A stretch of DNA of 64,000 nt from positions 3,872,001 through 3,936,000 of the forward strand of contig CP051526.1 in the NCBI GenBank assembly GCA_050916045.1. Reading direction: 5' to 3'. The notes under the pieces were generated by a model that did no database searches, had not been told where the DNA came from, and saw only the letters and a program-made list of their open reading frames with translations. Within the stretch, counting starts at the first letter, position 1; each line of letters begins with the position of its first letter. This document shows positions 47,227-56,846 of this stretch, in pieces. A program made the translations under genes and the position numbers. The stretch comes from Tepidisphaera sp. (lineage in GTDB: Bacteria > Planctomycetota > Phycisphaerae > Phycisphaerales > UBA1924).

Positions 47227-48837
47227 ATGCTCCTCGGAGAACTCACGCAAGGTCTTGGGATCACGCTTCTGACGCCCGGCGCGGCGGGGGTGCGGATCAC
47301 GGACGTCACCGAAGACAGCCGGACGGCGCTGCCGGGGTCGCTCTTCATCGCGCGGTCCGGACGGCAAGCCGACGGCCGCCAGTACGTGCTCGACGCGGTC
47401 GCGGCGGGCGCGGCGGCGATCCTGACGGACGACCCCGAGCCGCTCCGAACCGGGAACGCCTGCCCCGCAGCGGCGATCGCTTCGACCAAGGACATCATGC
47501 TCGCCGCGGCTCAGGTCGCCGAGCGGTTCTACGGCAACCCGGCCAAGGTGCTCGCGTCTCGCGCGGGGATCCTCGGCGTCACGGGCACCAACGGCAAGAC
47601 GACGATCACGTGGCTGACGTGGCAGATCCTGAACCGGGCGAGCATCCGCTGCGGGCTGATCGGAACCGTCATGATCGACGACGGCCGCGAGGTCGCCGCC
47701 GCCACGATGACCACGCCGCCGGCGGTTGAGCTCAGCCTGACCCTGGCCAACATGGTCGAAGCGGGGTGCCAGGCGGTCGTGCTCGAAGCCTCAAGCCACG
47801 CGCTGCACCAGCGACGCGTGGGCGCCCTTCCCTTCCGCGTGGGGATCTTCACCAACCTCACGCAGGACCACCTCGACTATCACGGCACGATGGAGCACTA
47901 CGCCGCCGCCAAAGCCATGCTTTTCACGGCGCTGGGGCCCGACGGGGTCGCGATCGTCAACGCCGACGACCCGGCGCACGCTCGCATGATCGCGGAGACA
48001 AAGGCTCGCGTGATCCGCTGTCGCAAGGTCGAAGCTAACCCCGCCGGCGGCGCCGACCAAGCCCAGGTCCGCATCGTGAGCACCTCGATGCGCGGGATGA
48101 AGCTTGAGCTCGCCGGGCCCTTCGGCAACGTCACCGTGCTCGCTTCGCTCATCGGGTCGTACAACGCGATGAACATCCTGCAAGCCGCGGTCGCGGCGCA
48201 CGCGCTGGGGGTGCGGGCGGAAGCGCTGTCCGAAAGTCTGGCCCAGATCACCGCGCCGCCCGGACGGCTTGAGCTGGTCGCGACCGACTCGGACGAGATC
48301 GCGGTGTACGTCGACTATGCGCACACGGACGACGGGCTGCGGTCGATGCTGACGGCGGTGCGCTCGGCGATGAATTCCGGGGAGCTCTGGGTGGTTTTCG
48401 GCTGCGGCGGCGACCGAGACAGGGGCAAGCGGCCCAAGATGGGCCGCGCGGCTTCGGATCTCGGGCACCGGGTGGTCGTGACCTCGGACAACCCGCGGAC
48501 CGAGCGCCCCGGCGAGATCATCTCCCAGATCATGGAGGGGATCCCGGAACCCAAGCGAAGCGAGGCCGTGGTGCACGCCGACCGCGCCAAAGCGATCGAG
48601 TACGCGATCTCGGCGGCCAAGCCCGGGGACGTCGTCGTGATCGCCGGCAAAGGGCACGAAGCCGAGCAGATCCTTCCCGACGGCAACGGCGGAACCTACC
48701 GCATCAAGTTCGACGACCGGGAGCACGCCGCATCGGCGCTCGCAAGCCGGCGCGGGGTGGTGACTGAGGTCAAGGTATTGGCAAACCGCGGGACCGCCGC
48801 CGCGAACGAGGACAGCGATGACGTTCTGGACCTATGA
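47227..48837 (+). CDS. murE: UDP-MurNAc-tripeptide synthetase (meso-DAP type)
   Basis: GVTGTNGKTT, EASSH, NLTQDHLDYH, VDYAHT, GCGGDRD, SDNPR and AGKGHE motifs. Confidence 0.95.
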   Translation: MLLGELTQGLGITLLTPGAAGVRITDVTEDSRTALPGSLFIARSGRQADGRQYVLDAVAAGAAAILTDDPEPLRTGNACPAAAIASTKDIMLAAAQVAERFYGNPAKVLASRAGILGVTGTNGKTTITWLTWQILNRASIRCGLIGTVMIDDGREVAAATMTTPPAVELSLTLANMVEAGCQAVVLEASSHALHQRRVGALPFRVGIFTNLTQDHLDYHGTMEHYAAAKAMLFTALGPDGVAIVNADDPAHARMIAETKARVIRCRKVEANPAGGADQAQVRIVSTSMRGMKLELAGPFGNVTVLASLIGSYNAMNILQAAVAAHALGVRAEALSESLAQITAPPGRLELVATDSDEIAVYVDYAHTDDGLRSMLTAVRSAMNSGELWVVFGCGGDRDRGKRPKMGRAASDLGHRVVVTSDNPRTERPGEIISQIMEGIPEPKRSEAVVHADRAKAIEYAISAAKPGDVVVIAGKGHEAEQILPDGNGGTYRIKFDDREHAASALASRRGVVTEVKVLANRGTAAANEDSDDVLDL

Positions 48838-50284
48838 ATCGATCAAGCAAGCGTCCGGTGGCTCCTGGGCGGCGCGGGGCCGCGAGGGTGCCGCTCCGCG
48901 CGGCGCCTCGATCGACTCGCGCACGATCAAGCCCGGACAGATGTTCTTCGCCCTGCGCGGAGAGCGCGTCGACGGACACGCGTATCTCGACGCGGCCGCC
49001 GAGCGCGGCGCAAGCCTCGCGGTGATCGACACACCCGCGAGCTGCGGCGATCTGACGCGCTTCCACGGCGGCATGGGCGTGCTTGTGACCGGGGACACAC
49101 CGGCGTCGCTGCTCAGGCTTGGCACGGCGGCCCGCGCCGCGATGGGAACGACCAAGGTGGTGTCCATCGGCGGCTCCAACGGAAAGACGACGACGACGCG
49201 GCTGATCGAAGCCGTTCTGGGCACCTCCCTCCGCGGGAGCGCTTCGCCCAAGAGTTTCAACAACGCGCTCGGCGTGCCGTTGACCTTGCTCAACGCTTCA
49301 CCAGGCGACGCGTTCGTCGCCGCCGAGGTCGGGACCAACGCTCCGGGCGAGATCGCGCTGCTCGCCGGCATGGTCAGGCCCGACGTCGCGGTGATCACGA
49401 GCATCGGACGCGAGCATCTTGAAGGTCTCGGATCGCTCGAGGGCGTGGCCCGAGAAGAAGCCGCGATCCTGCCGGAGATCGCCCCCGGCGGCACCGCCGT
49501 TCTCAACGCCGACGCGCCGCACCTGATGGCGCTCGCGAAATCCATGCTCGCAAGCCGACGCGACGTCTCGGTGGTCACCTTCGGCACGGGCGAGAGCGCC
49601 GATCTTCGGCTGACGGATATCAGCCACGGGCTCGGCGGCCTCCGCGTCACGATCAACGATCGGGACGTGTACGAAGTCCCGCTGATCGGCAAGCACAACG
49701 CGGGCAACGCCGCCGCCGCGATCGCGGTGGGCCGCCGATTCGGGCTGGATCTCGCTTCGATCAACGCCGGTATGGCCCGCGTGAAAGCCCCGGACCACCG
49801 GCTCCAGCGGCTGACCGTGGGCGGCATCGCGGTGCTCGACGATGCGTACAACGCCAACCCGGAGTCGATGCGGGCCGCGATCGAGACCTTTGCCGAGATC
49901 GCTTCCTCGGCGCGTCGCCGGGTCGTCGTCCTCGGCGACATGCTTGAGCTTGGCGATTCCTCCCAGGCCCTGCACGAGGAGATCGGTCGGCACGTCGCCG
50001 AGCTCCGCGCCGCGGATGTCGCGCTCCTGGTCGGGCCGATCTCCGCGCACACCGCTCGGGCGATCAGCTCGGCTTCTCCCGCGATCGCGGTGCGGCATTA
50101 CGCCCAAGCCACGGCCGCAACGTGCGACGCGATCGCCCGCACCCTCCGCGACGGCGACGCGGTGCTTCTGAAGGGTTCCAGGGGGATGGGCCTGGACCGC
50201 GTGGCGACGGCTCTGCAGTCGCTTCACCCGGAGCCCTCTCCGGCCACGATCATCACCCCCAAACCCGCGCCTGCCAGCCGGTAA
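48818..50284 (+). CDS. murF: UDP-MurNAc-tripeptide--D-Ala-D-Ala ligase
   Basis: SIDSR, GSNGKTTT, SFNNALGVPLT, DDAYNANPESM, GDMLELG and LKGSRGM motifs. Confidence 0.95.
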   Translation: MTFWTYESIKQASGGSWAARGREGAAPRGASIDSRTIKPGQMFFALRGERVDGHAYLDAAAERGASLAVIDTPASCGDLTRFHGGMGVLVTGDTPASLLRLGTAARAAMGTTKVVSIGGSNGKTTTTRLIEAVLGTSLRGSASPKSFNNALGVPLTLLNASPGDAFVAAEVGTNAPGEIALLAGMVRPDVAVITSIGREHLEGLGSLEGVAREEAAILPEIAPGGTAVLNADAPHLMALAKSMLASRRDVSVVTFGTGESADLRLTDISHGLGGLRVTINDRDVYEVPLIGKHNAGNAAAAIAVGRRFGLDLASINAGMARVKAPDHRLQRLTVGGIAVLDDAYNANPESMRAAIETFAEIASSARRRVVVLGDMLELGDSSQALHEEIGRHVAELRAADVALLVGPISAHTARAISSASPAIAVRHYAQATAATCDAIARTLRDGDAVLLKGSRGMGLDRVATALQSLHPEPSPATIITPKPAPASR

Positions 50285-50305
50285 ACCAGCGAGCCGACAC
50301 CCACG

Positions 50306-51466
50306 ATGATCTACCTCCTGCTGCGATCGCTGACGGACTGGCTGAACAAGGTCGACCTGTACCCGCTTTTCCGCCTGCTTGACCAGACCGAGTTTCGAGC
50401 GCTCGCAGCGGCACTGCTCAGCTTCGGCCTGGTGCTCGGGTTCGGTCGCCGCACCATCAACTGGCTCCTGCGGATGAAGATCGGCGATGCGGGGCTGACG
50501 GATGCGGCGGCACTCGCGGCCCAGGCCGCCAGCAAAGCCAACACGCCCACCATGGGCGGCTTGCTCCTGATCGGCGCTCTGGTCGTCAGCACCGTGCTCC
50601 TCGCGGACATCTCGACGTTCTACGTGCAAGCCGGGCTGATCGTGGTCATCCTCTTCGCGGGTGTCGGCGCCTCGGACGACTGGCTCAAGCTCACCGCCAA
50701 ACGCCGCGGGACGGGCGCACGCCAGGGTCTCTACCCGTGGGAAAAGCTCGTCTTCCAGCTCGGCCTCTCGGCGATCGTGGTCTTCTTCTGCTCGCGGCAG
50801 GACGCAAGCCCGCTGGCAATGGTCCTCAATCTTCCGTTCCAGCGGAGCTATGAGCCGGGAAGCGGCGGCGTCCCCGCTTCCACGCTGATCATGCTGCCAA
50901 CATCGCTCTTTGTCATCATCGGGGCGATGTTCATCACGGGGATGTCCAACGCGGCGAACATCACCGACGGCATGGACGGCCTGGCGACGGGGATCGCTTC
51001 GATCGTGAGCGTGGGGATCTTCGTGCTTGCTTTCATCGCGGCGGGTGCGTCGGCGTACACCCTTCTGGTCCCGCGTATCGAGGGAGCGGGCGAGCTTGCG
51101 GTGATGGCCGGCGCGATGGCGGGAGCGTGCATGGGGTTCCTCTGGTGGAACTGCAACCCGGCTCGCGTCTTCATGGGGGACACGGGCTCGCTCGCGCTCG
51201 GAGCTCTGATCGGGTACATCGCGGTGGTGATCCGTCAGGAGATCCTGATCGCCCTGATGTGCGTGATCTTCATCATCGAGATCGGCTCGGTCGTGCTGCA
51301 GGTCGGCTACTTCAAGATGACCGGCGGCAAGCGAATCTTCCGCTGCGCCCCCTACCACCACCACCTGCACCTGGCGCTCTGGCCCGAAACGCAGATCGTG
51401 GCAAGGTTCTGGATCGTCACGATCCTCTGCGTGGTGGTCGCGCTGGCCACCATCAGGGTGCGCTAA
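50306..51466 (+). CDS. mraY: Phospho-MurNAc-pentapeptide transferase
   Basis: TPTMGG, DDWLK, NAANITDGMDGLA, VFMGDTGSL and APYHHH motifs. Confidence 0.95.
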   Translation: MIYLLLRSLTDWLNKVDLYPLFRLLDQTEFRALAAALLSFGLVLGFGRRTINWLLRMKIGDAGLTDAAALAAQAASKANTPTMGGLLLIGALVVSTVLLADISTFYVQAGLIVVILFAGVGASDDWLKLTAKRRGTGARQGLYPWEKLVFQLGLSAIVVFFCSRQDASPLAMVLNLPFQRSYEPGSGGVPASTLIMLPTSLFVIIGAMFITGMSNAANITDGMDGLATGIASIVSVGIFVLAFIAAGASAYTLLVPRIEGAGELAVMAGAMAGACMGFLWWNCNPARVFMGDTGSLALGALIGYIAVVIRQEILIALMCVIFIIEIGSVVLQVGYFKMTGGKRIFRCAPYHHHLHLALWPETQIVARFWIVTILCVVVALATIRVR

Positions 51467-51526
51467 CCCTCATCACCGGAGCCGACGCGAAAGGCCCCCG
51501 ACCGCTTCGCGCCCCTATCATCCCAC

Positions 51527-51913
51527 ATGAATTGTGCATGCGCCTGCTCGCTCCCCAAAGCCGTCCTGGTCGTCCTCGCGATCGCCGGTGCGGCAAGCTT
51601 GGCCCGCTGCGGCGACGCTCCGGCCCCTGCGGCCAAGGTGGTACCCGCAACCCTTAATCCGGAGACTCTCGCGCCCAACGCGGTGGTGCTCAAGGTTGAA
51701 GGTCTCGCCTGCGAAGGCTGCGTCGCCGATGTGACGGAAGAGCTGCAAAGCGTGCCGGGAGTTGAAACCGCGAAGGTCGTCCTTGCGGAAGGTCGTGCGT
51801 ACGTCACGCTCGCCCAAGCCGAGCCCGCTTCCGTTCAGGCTCTGCTCGACAAGGTCGGCGCCAACCCAAGCCACAAGGCCAGCGTCGAAGCCAAGGGCTC
51901 AAGCGTCAAATAG
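51527..51913 (+). CDS. Exported heavy-metal-associated (HMA) domain protein
   Basis: Hydrophobic N-terminus; LKVEGLACEGCVADV...VPGV. Confidence 0.85.
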   Translation: MNCACACSLPKAVLVVLAIAGAASLARCGDAPAPAAKVVPATLNPETLAPNAVVLKVEGLACEGCVADVTEELQSVPGVETAKVVLAEGRAYVTLAQAEPASVQALLDKVGANPSHKASVEAKGSSVK

Positions 51914-51938
51914 CTGACCCTTACCGAAAGGAATCCCG

Positions 51939-52559
51939 ATGCGTTCCCTCACCACCGCTTCATCGCTTTTGGTCGTCGCCGCCTGCGCCGCGCCCGCTCT
52001 GGCTCAAGACACCCTTGAGCTGTCCTTCGCCCGGGTCGGACAGTCCTACAGCGCCTTCATCGGGAGCGACAACCCCGCTGTCGGTCGCCGCGTCGTTGCG
52101 ACTCGCGTCTTCCTCCGGTTAAGCGTGACCGCTGGCGATGCCGCGAACTTCACGACCGACCTGCTCATCCCGATCCAGCCCGATGAGGGCGCGACGTCGA
52201 TCCTCTTCGAGTCCGGGCAAGCCCGCGGCTGGAGCGGCACCGGCACCTTCGAGATCGACGAAACGACCGACCGGTACAACGGGGTGGTGATCGCCCGCCG
52301 GTTCGGGGCTGCAACGCCGGGCGAGGGTTACTCTGGCCAGATCCTCGATGGCTCGGTCATCGAGCTTCAGCTTGAGCCCTCGTGCCCCGCGGACTTCAAC
52401 GGCGACAGCTTCATCGATTTCTTCGATTACAGCGACTACGTGCTCTGCTTTGAGACCGGCGAGTGCCCGGCGAACCGCACCGCGGACTTCAACGGGGACG
52501 ACTTCGTCGACTTCTTCGATTATGCGGACTTTGTCACCGCGTTCGAACTCGGCTGCTGA
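51939..52559 (+). CDS. Secreted protein with C-terminal GC-type dockerin-like module
   Basis: Signal peptide ending ALA-Q; ends CPADFNGDSFIDFFDY...ADFNGDDFVDFFDYADFVTAFELGC. Confidence 0.85.
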   Translation: MRSLTTASSLLVVAACAAPALAQDTLELSFARVGQSYSAFIGSDNPAVGRRVVATRVFLRLSVTAGDAANFTTDLLIPIQPDEGATSILFESGQARGWSGTGTFEIDETTDRYNGVVIARRFGAATPGEGYSGQILDGSVIELQLEPSCPADFNGDSFIDFFDYSDYVLCFETGECPANRTADFNGDDFVDFFDYADFVTAFELGC

Positions 52560-52643
52560 GTCTCCGCCGCGAGCCCCCCCAACTTGGGTTGCTGGCCAGC
52601 GGGCTCGGTGGACCCGTGCGTCCGCTGATACGATAAAGCTACC

Positions 52644-53042
52644 GTGACCCGGGCGCTCTGCCTCATCCTCGCCCTCCTGCTGAACACCGCGGCGATGCCT
52701 TGGATTTCGCCGGTGGCCGCGCGCGAGGCCGAAGCATCCGCGTGCTGCCCGCCCGGCGGATGCTGCTGCAGCAAGCCTCAGCGCCCCGCTCCGTGCCCGT
52801 GTCCGTGCGCTCCGCGCCCGGAACGGCCCGCACCCGCGACGGCTGCGGTGATCCAGAGCGAATGCGGCCCCGCCGCCGCAGCCCGGAAGGCGCAGCGCGT
52901 CGCTCGCACCGATCCCGCGCACGCAAGCTCAATCGGCTCTCGGCTGACCGGCGTCGCGTCGGCACATGCCGCCGCTGTGGTCCGCCTTCATCGCGGCCCT
53001 CCTCCGCATCCTCGACCCCGCCTTTGTGTCTGGGTGACTTGA
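52644..53042 (+). CDS. Cys/Pro-rich exported leader-like protein with an RGPP motif (DUF2946/CruR-like architecture)
   Basis: Signal peptide; 11 Cys including CCPPGGCCC and CPCPC; HRGPPP near the C-terminus; ends LCVWVT. Confidence 0.65.
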   Translation: MTRALCLILALLLNTAAMPWISPVAAREAEASACCPPGGCCCSKPQRPAPCPCPCAPRPERPAPATAAVIQSECGPAAAARKAQRVARTDPAHASSIGSRLTGVASAHAAAVVRLHRGPPPHPRPRLCVWVT

Positions 53043-53162
53043 ACCGAGAATGGACCTCCGATGCGGCTTTCGAAGCGATCGCCGCGCGATTCCATGCACT
53101 CGTTCATTTCCCGGAACACAACCATGTCGCGGGCGACAAGCCCGCGCGACAGAAGCTCAAAG

Positions 53163-53606
53163 ATGCGGATTTCCAAGATGTGGCTTCTCATTCCCGCCGG
53201 TGTCATCGCGCTCGCGAGCGGGTGCGCTTCCACCTCTCCGACCGAACGTCCCGCAGATGTCCCCGCGGTGGACATGTCCGGCGCGAAGAAGGTTGAATCC
53301 AACGGCGAAACGGCCTGGCAGCACGCCCCGACCGAAGCGGACGCGGCGGCGCTGCTCGACAAATCCGAGATCAAGGCCCGTTGGGTGACGCTCTACGTCA
53401 ACGGCCTGGGCTGCCCGCAGTGTGCTTCCAACATCGACCTGACGCTCGCGAAGATCAGCGGGATCTCGTGGATGTACGTCGACCTCGGGCACGGCGTGGT
53501 CCAGATGAAGCTGGCGGAGGATGCCAAGCGGCCCAGCCCGCTTGAACTCAAGAACAAGGTGACCGACGCGGGGTTCACGCTGGTCAAGATCCGCACCCAG
53601 GGCTGA
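53163..53606 (+). CDS. HMA-domain lipoprotein
   Basis: LASG-C lipobox; TLYVNGLGCPQCASNI...VTDAGFTL; start uncertain. Confidence 0.85.
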   Translation: MRISKMWLLIPAGVIALASGCASTSPTERPADVPAVDMSGAKKVESNGETAWQHAPTEADAAALLDKSEIKARWVTLYVNGLGCPQCASNIDLTLAKISGISWMYVDLGHGVVQMKLAEDAKRPSPLELKNKVTDAGFTLVKIRTQG

Positions 53607-53616
53607 AAGGAACACG

Positions 53617-54447
53617 ATGAAGAACTTTCTCGTCGCGATCACGGCGACGGCCGGATGTTCGGCCGCGCTGGCGCAGGAAGCGATGTACACCCAGGCGGCG
53701 ACCATGCCCGCACCGGGCAACGCCATCATCCGCGAACAGATCCACTTCTTCCAGTACGGGCAGAACCCCGTCACCGGAGAGAAGCAGGAAGACGCGTATG
53801 TGCTTGAGAACATCCTGAGCGTCGGGTTGGCCCGCGCGCTGGCGGTCTCCATCACCGTTCCGGTGGTCGTCAAGGAAACGACGTCTCCCGCGGGGGACGG
53901 CGAGTGGGACTACGGCGTCGAGGATGTCGACATCATGTTCAAGTACCGCGTGTACATGGACAACACGGGCGGCGTCGACACCACGCGTTTCGCGTTGCTT
54001 GGCGGAGCGGGGGTCACCAGCGGCGACAACCGCGACTTCGCGAGCCAGTCGGTCAATCCGACTTTCGGCGCGGTGTTCACCAAGGTCATGGGCCGCCACG
54101 GCGTCAATCAAGACCTGATCTACACCTTCAACACGGGCGGCACCGCGGGCAAGAACGATGGCGGGGAAGGGCCCGACGACGCTCTGGCTTTCAACTCCGC
54201 GTACGTCTACCGGATAGACCCGCCGGCGTACACGTCGGAAAGCCAGGGAGCGTGGTACGTCACGGCGGAGATCAACGGCCTGTACGAAACCAACGGCGAC
54301 ATCGAGCTTCGATGGGCGCCGGGGCTGATGTACGAGGGCCGGCGGTTCGGATTCGAAGTGATGGCCCAGTTCCCGCTTTGGAACGAGCTGGACGAGCGGG
54401 CGGAACTCGATCTGGGGTTGGGGATGGGCGTCCGGTTCTTGTTCTAA
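53617..54447 (+). CDS. Putative outer-membrane beta-barrel transporter
   Basis: Signal peptide, amphipathic beta-strands, C-terminal GMGVRFLF; 10 bp after the HMA gene. Confidence 0.75.
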   Translation: MKNFLVAITATAGCSAALAQEAMYTQAATMPAPGNAIIREQIHFFQYGQNPVTGEKQEDAYVLENILSVGLARALAVSITVPVVVKETTSPAGDGEWDYGVEDVDIMFKYRVYMDNTGGVDTTRFALLGGAGVTSGDNRDFASQSVNPTFGAVFTKVMGRHGVNQDLIYTFNTGGTAGKNDGGEGPDDALAFNSAYVYRIDPPAYTSESQGAWYVTAEINGLYETNGDIELRWAPGLMYEGRRFGFEVMAQFPLWNELDERAELDLGLGMGVRFLF

Positions 54448-54469
54448 GCCCTCTTTGAAAAGGCCTATG

Positions 54470-54500
54470 AGCCCGTGGCGCGGTCGCCACGGGCTTTTTC
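54470..54500 (+). terminator. Intrinsic terminator
   Basis: agcccgtggcg-cggt-cgccacgggct followed by a T-run. Confidence 0.8.
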
Positions 54501-54655
54501 GTGTCCTCTGGGCGAGACCCGGTCACGGCGGAGGAGCCGGACTGGTGGATGTTTGGGTGGTTTGCACGCCCCAGGAACGACCTAGGATGTGCCCGCCGAG
54601 GAGGCCGTCCGCTTGCCGGGCGGTTTGCCTCCGCCGAGCCCCTTTGGAGACCCCC

Positions 54656-55957
54656 GTGCCCTACACCTTGAAGCCCGCGGAAGCCTTCGGCGTTGATGCG
54701 GACAACACCGAGTATCTCAAGAAGCACGTCGATACCGGCGACCGGTGGGTTTTGAACTTTGGCCCGCAACACCCGGCGACGCACACCACGCTCCGCCTGG
54801 TGCTTGAGCTTGACGGCGAGCGGATCGCTCGCTGCACGCCGCACATCGGGTATCTGCACTCGGGGTTCGAAAAGCTCGGGGAAGCCCTCGACTACAACCA
54901 GTACGTCACGATCGTCAGCCGGATGGACTATCTCTCGCCGATCGCCAACGACATCGCCTGGCACCACGCGGTGGAGAAGCTTTTCGGGATCGACATCACG
55001 CCGCGGTGCAAGGTGCTCCGGACGATCATGTCCGAGATCGCCCGCGTCCAGAACCACCTGCTCTGCGTGGGCGCGGCGGGCCTGGACCTCAACGCGTTCA
55101 CGGGGTTCATCTACGCGTTCAACGTTCGTGAGAAGATCTACGACCTGGTCGACTACGTGTCAGGCCAGCGCTTCCACCCGGATTGGACCCGCGTGGGCGG
55201 CCTGATGCAGGACCTGCCCTGCGTCGCGAACGGTGACGATGTCTTCAAGCGGATGGTCAAGAACCTGATCCACAACGAGGTGCCGGGCGCGATCGCCGAC
55301 CTTGAGAACCTCCTCAACCGCAACCGAATCTTCATGGACCGCACCCGCGGCATCGGTGTGATGACCAAAGCCGAAGCGATCGCATGGAGCATGACCGGCC
55401 CGATGGCCCGGTCCTGCGGCGTCAAGCGTGACCTCCGCAAGGACGACCCGTATCTCTGCTACGCCGACAACTGGGACGGCAACGGGGCTGAAGCCGTGAA
55501 GTTCAGCGTTCCCATCACCGAAGAGGGCGACGCCTACACGCGGTACCTCGTCCGCTGCGAAGAGATCAAGCAGAGCCTCAAGATCATCGAGCAGCTGATC
55601 GACAAGATCCCGCAGGGACCCATCGACGCTTTCGCCGACAGCAAGGTCACCAAGCCCAACAAGAAGGACGTGTACGGATCGATCGAAGGGCTCATCCAGC
55701 ACTTTGAGATCATCATGTCCAACCGCGGCTGGAAGCCGCCCGTCGCCGAGACCTACGCCGCCGTCGAGTCCGCCAACGGCGAGCTCGGATACTACATCGT
55801 CAGCGACGGCTCGCCCCGCCCTTGGCGCGTGCGTACTCGCCCGCCCTGCTTCATGAACTACCAGGTCATCAGTAAACTCTGCGAAGGGCACCTGCTCAGC
55901 GACATCGTCGCGGTCATCGGGTCGATCAATGTCGTCGCGGCCGAACTCGACCGGTAG
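54656..55957 (+). CDS. nuoD: NADH-quinone oxidoreductase subunit D
   Basis: LNFGPQHPATH, IGYLHSGFEK, RMDYLS, ESANGELG and C-terminal AELDR; GTG start after GGAG. Confidence 0.95.
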   Translation: MPYTLKPAEAFGVDADNTEYLKKHVDTGDRWVLNFGPQHPATHTTLRLVLELDGERIARCTPHIGYLHSGFEKLGEALDYNQYVTIVSRMDYLSPIANDIAWHHAVEKLFGIDITPRCKVLRTIMSEIARVQNHLLCVGAAGLDLNAFTGFIYAFNVREKIYDLVDYVSGQRFHPDWTRVGGLMQDLPCVANGDDVFKRMVKNLIHNEVPGAIADLENLLNRNRIFMDRTRGIGVMTKAEAIAWSMTGPMARSCGVKRDLRKDDPYLCYADNWDGNGAEAVKFSVPITEEGDAYTRYLVRCEEIKQSLKIIEQLIDKIPQGPIDAFADSKVTKPNKKDVYGSIEGLIQHFEIIMSNRGWKPPVAETYAAVESANGELGYYIVSDGSPRPWRVRTRPPCFMNYQVISKLCEGHLLSDIVAVIGSINVVAAELDR

Positions 55958-55981
55958 AGCCTCAAACTTGTCAGTGACGAC

Positions 55982-56737
55982 TCAGCGCCCGAACGGCTTG
56001 GGGTGCAGTTCGCGCCATTTTCGCACGGCTTCGGGCTCGCGCGGGTACGCGGGCACCAACGACACCGGATCGGTCGCGGGAAGCTCCATGGCGACCCGAA
56101 GGCAAGCCCTGGGATCGAAGACCGGCGGCACCACCGGAACGTTCGCCCGATTCGCCCAGGCCCGCATCGGTTCGGGGAGGAACGCATCGGCGATGAGCAT
56201 GCGGATATGCAGGCCATCGAGATCCGCGGCTTCCATGATCGCTCCGGGCCCGGCCCGACTCACGTCGACCGACCGGTCAAATCGCGTCACGTGCGCATCG
56301 CTCCCCTTGGAGGCCAGCGCCACCGCGAACGCCCCTTCTCCGGTCGGCGCGGAGGCCGCCGCAACGCACGCGGACGGAACCGCGACGACGGTCGCCCCGG
56401 TCACCTGAGCGATCATCCGGGCGGCGGTCACCGCGATGCGCACAGCAGTAAACCCGCCGGGACCGACCGAGACCGCAACCAGACCGAGGTCCCGCGGGGC
56501 AAGGCCCGCTTCACGAAAAGCCTGATCGATCGCGGGCATCAGGGTGTCTTCCCGCGAAGCGGGGTCGCACGGCCTGGTCGCGCGGATTTCCACTCCGCTC
56601 GTTGTGCGCACCCCGACACACACACCCGGCATGGGGTCCCCCGGCCGCCATGCCGAAGGGTTGCTGGTCTCGATGGCGAGCACGCCGGCCGGTGAAACAG
56701 GCGCTGAATCGGGCGTGATGGGATACGGAAGCGTCAC
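55982..56737 (-). CDS. tsaB: tRNA threonylcarbamoyladenosine biosynthesis protein TsaB
   Basis: VLAIETS, VAVSVGPGGFTAVRI and P.YPREPEA motifs; start uncertain. Confidence 0.85.
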   Translation of the reverse strand: MTLPYPITPDSAPVSPAGVLAIETSNPSAWRPGDPMPGVCVGVRTTSGVEIRATRPCDPASREDTLMPAIDQAFREAGLAPRDLGLVAVSVGPGGFTAVRIAVTAARMIAQVTGATVVAVPSACVAAASAPTGEGAFAVALASKGSDAHVTRFDRSVDVSRAGPGAIMEAADLDGLHIRMLIADAFLPEPMRAWANRANVPVVPPVFDPRACLRVAMELPATDPVSLVPAYPREPEAVRKWRELHPKPFGR

Positions 56738-56846
56738 GCGTGGAATGTATGGGCCCGGCTTTGGTGCCGCGACACTCCCCGGCGTGACCAGATCCGGTGC
56801 GGTACGCTTGCTTGTCGTCGTTACCGCACCCAAGCCCAGGGACACC

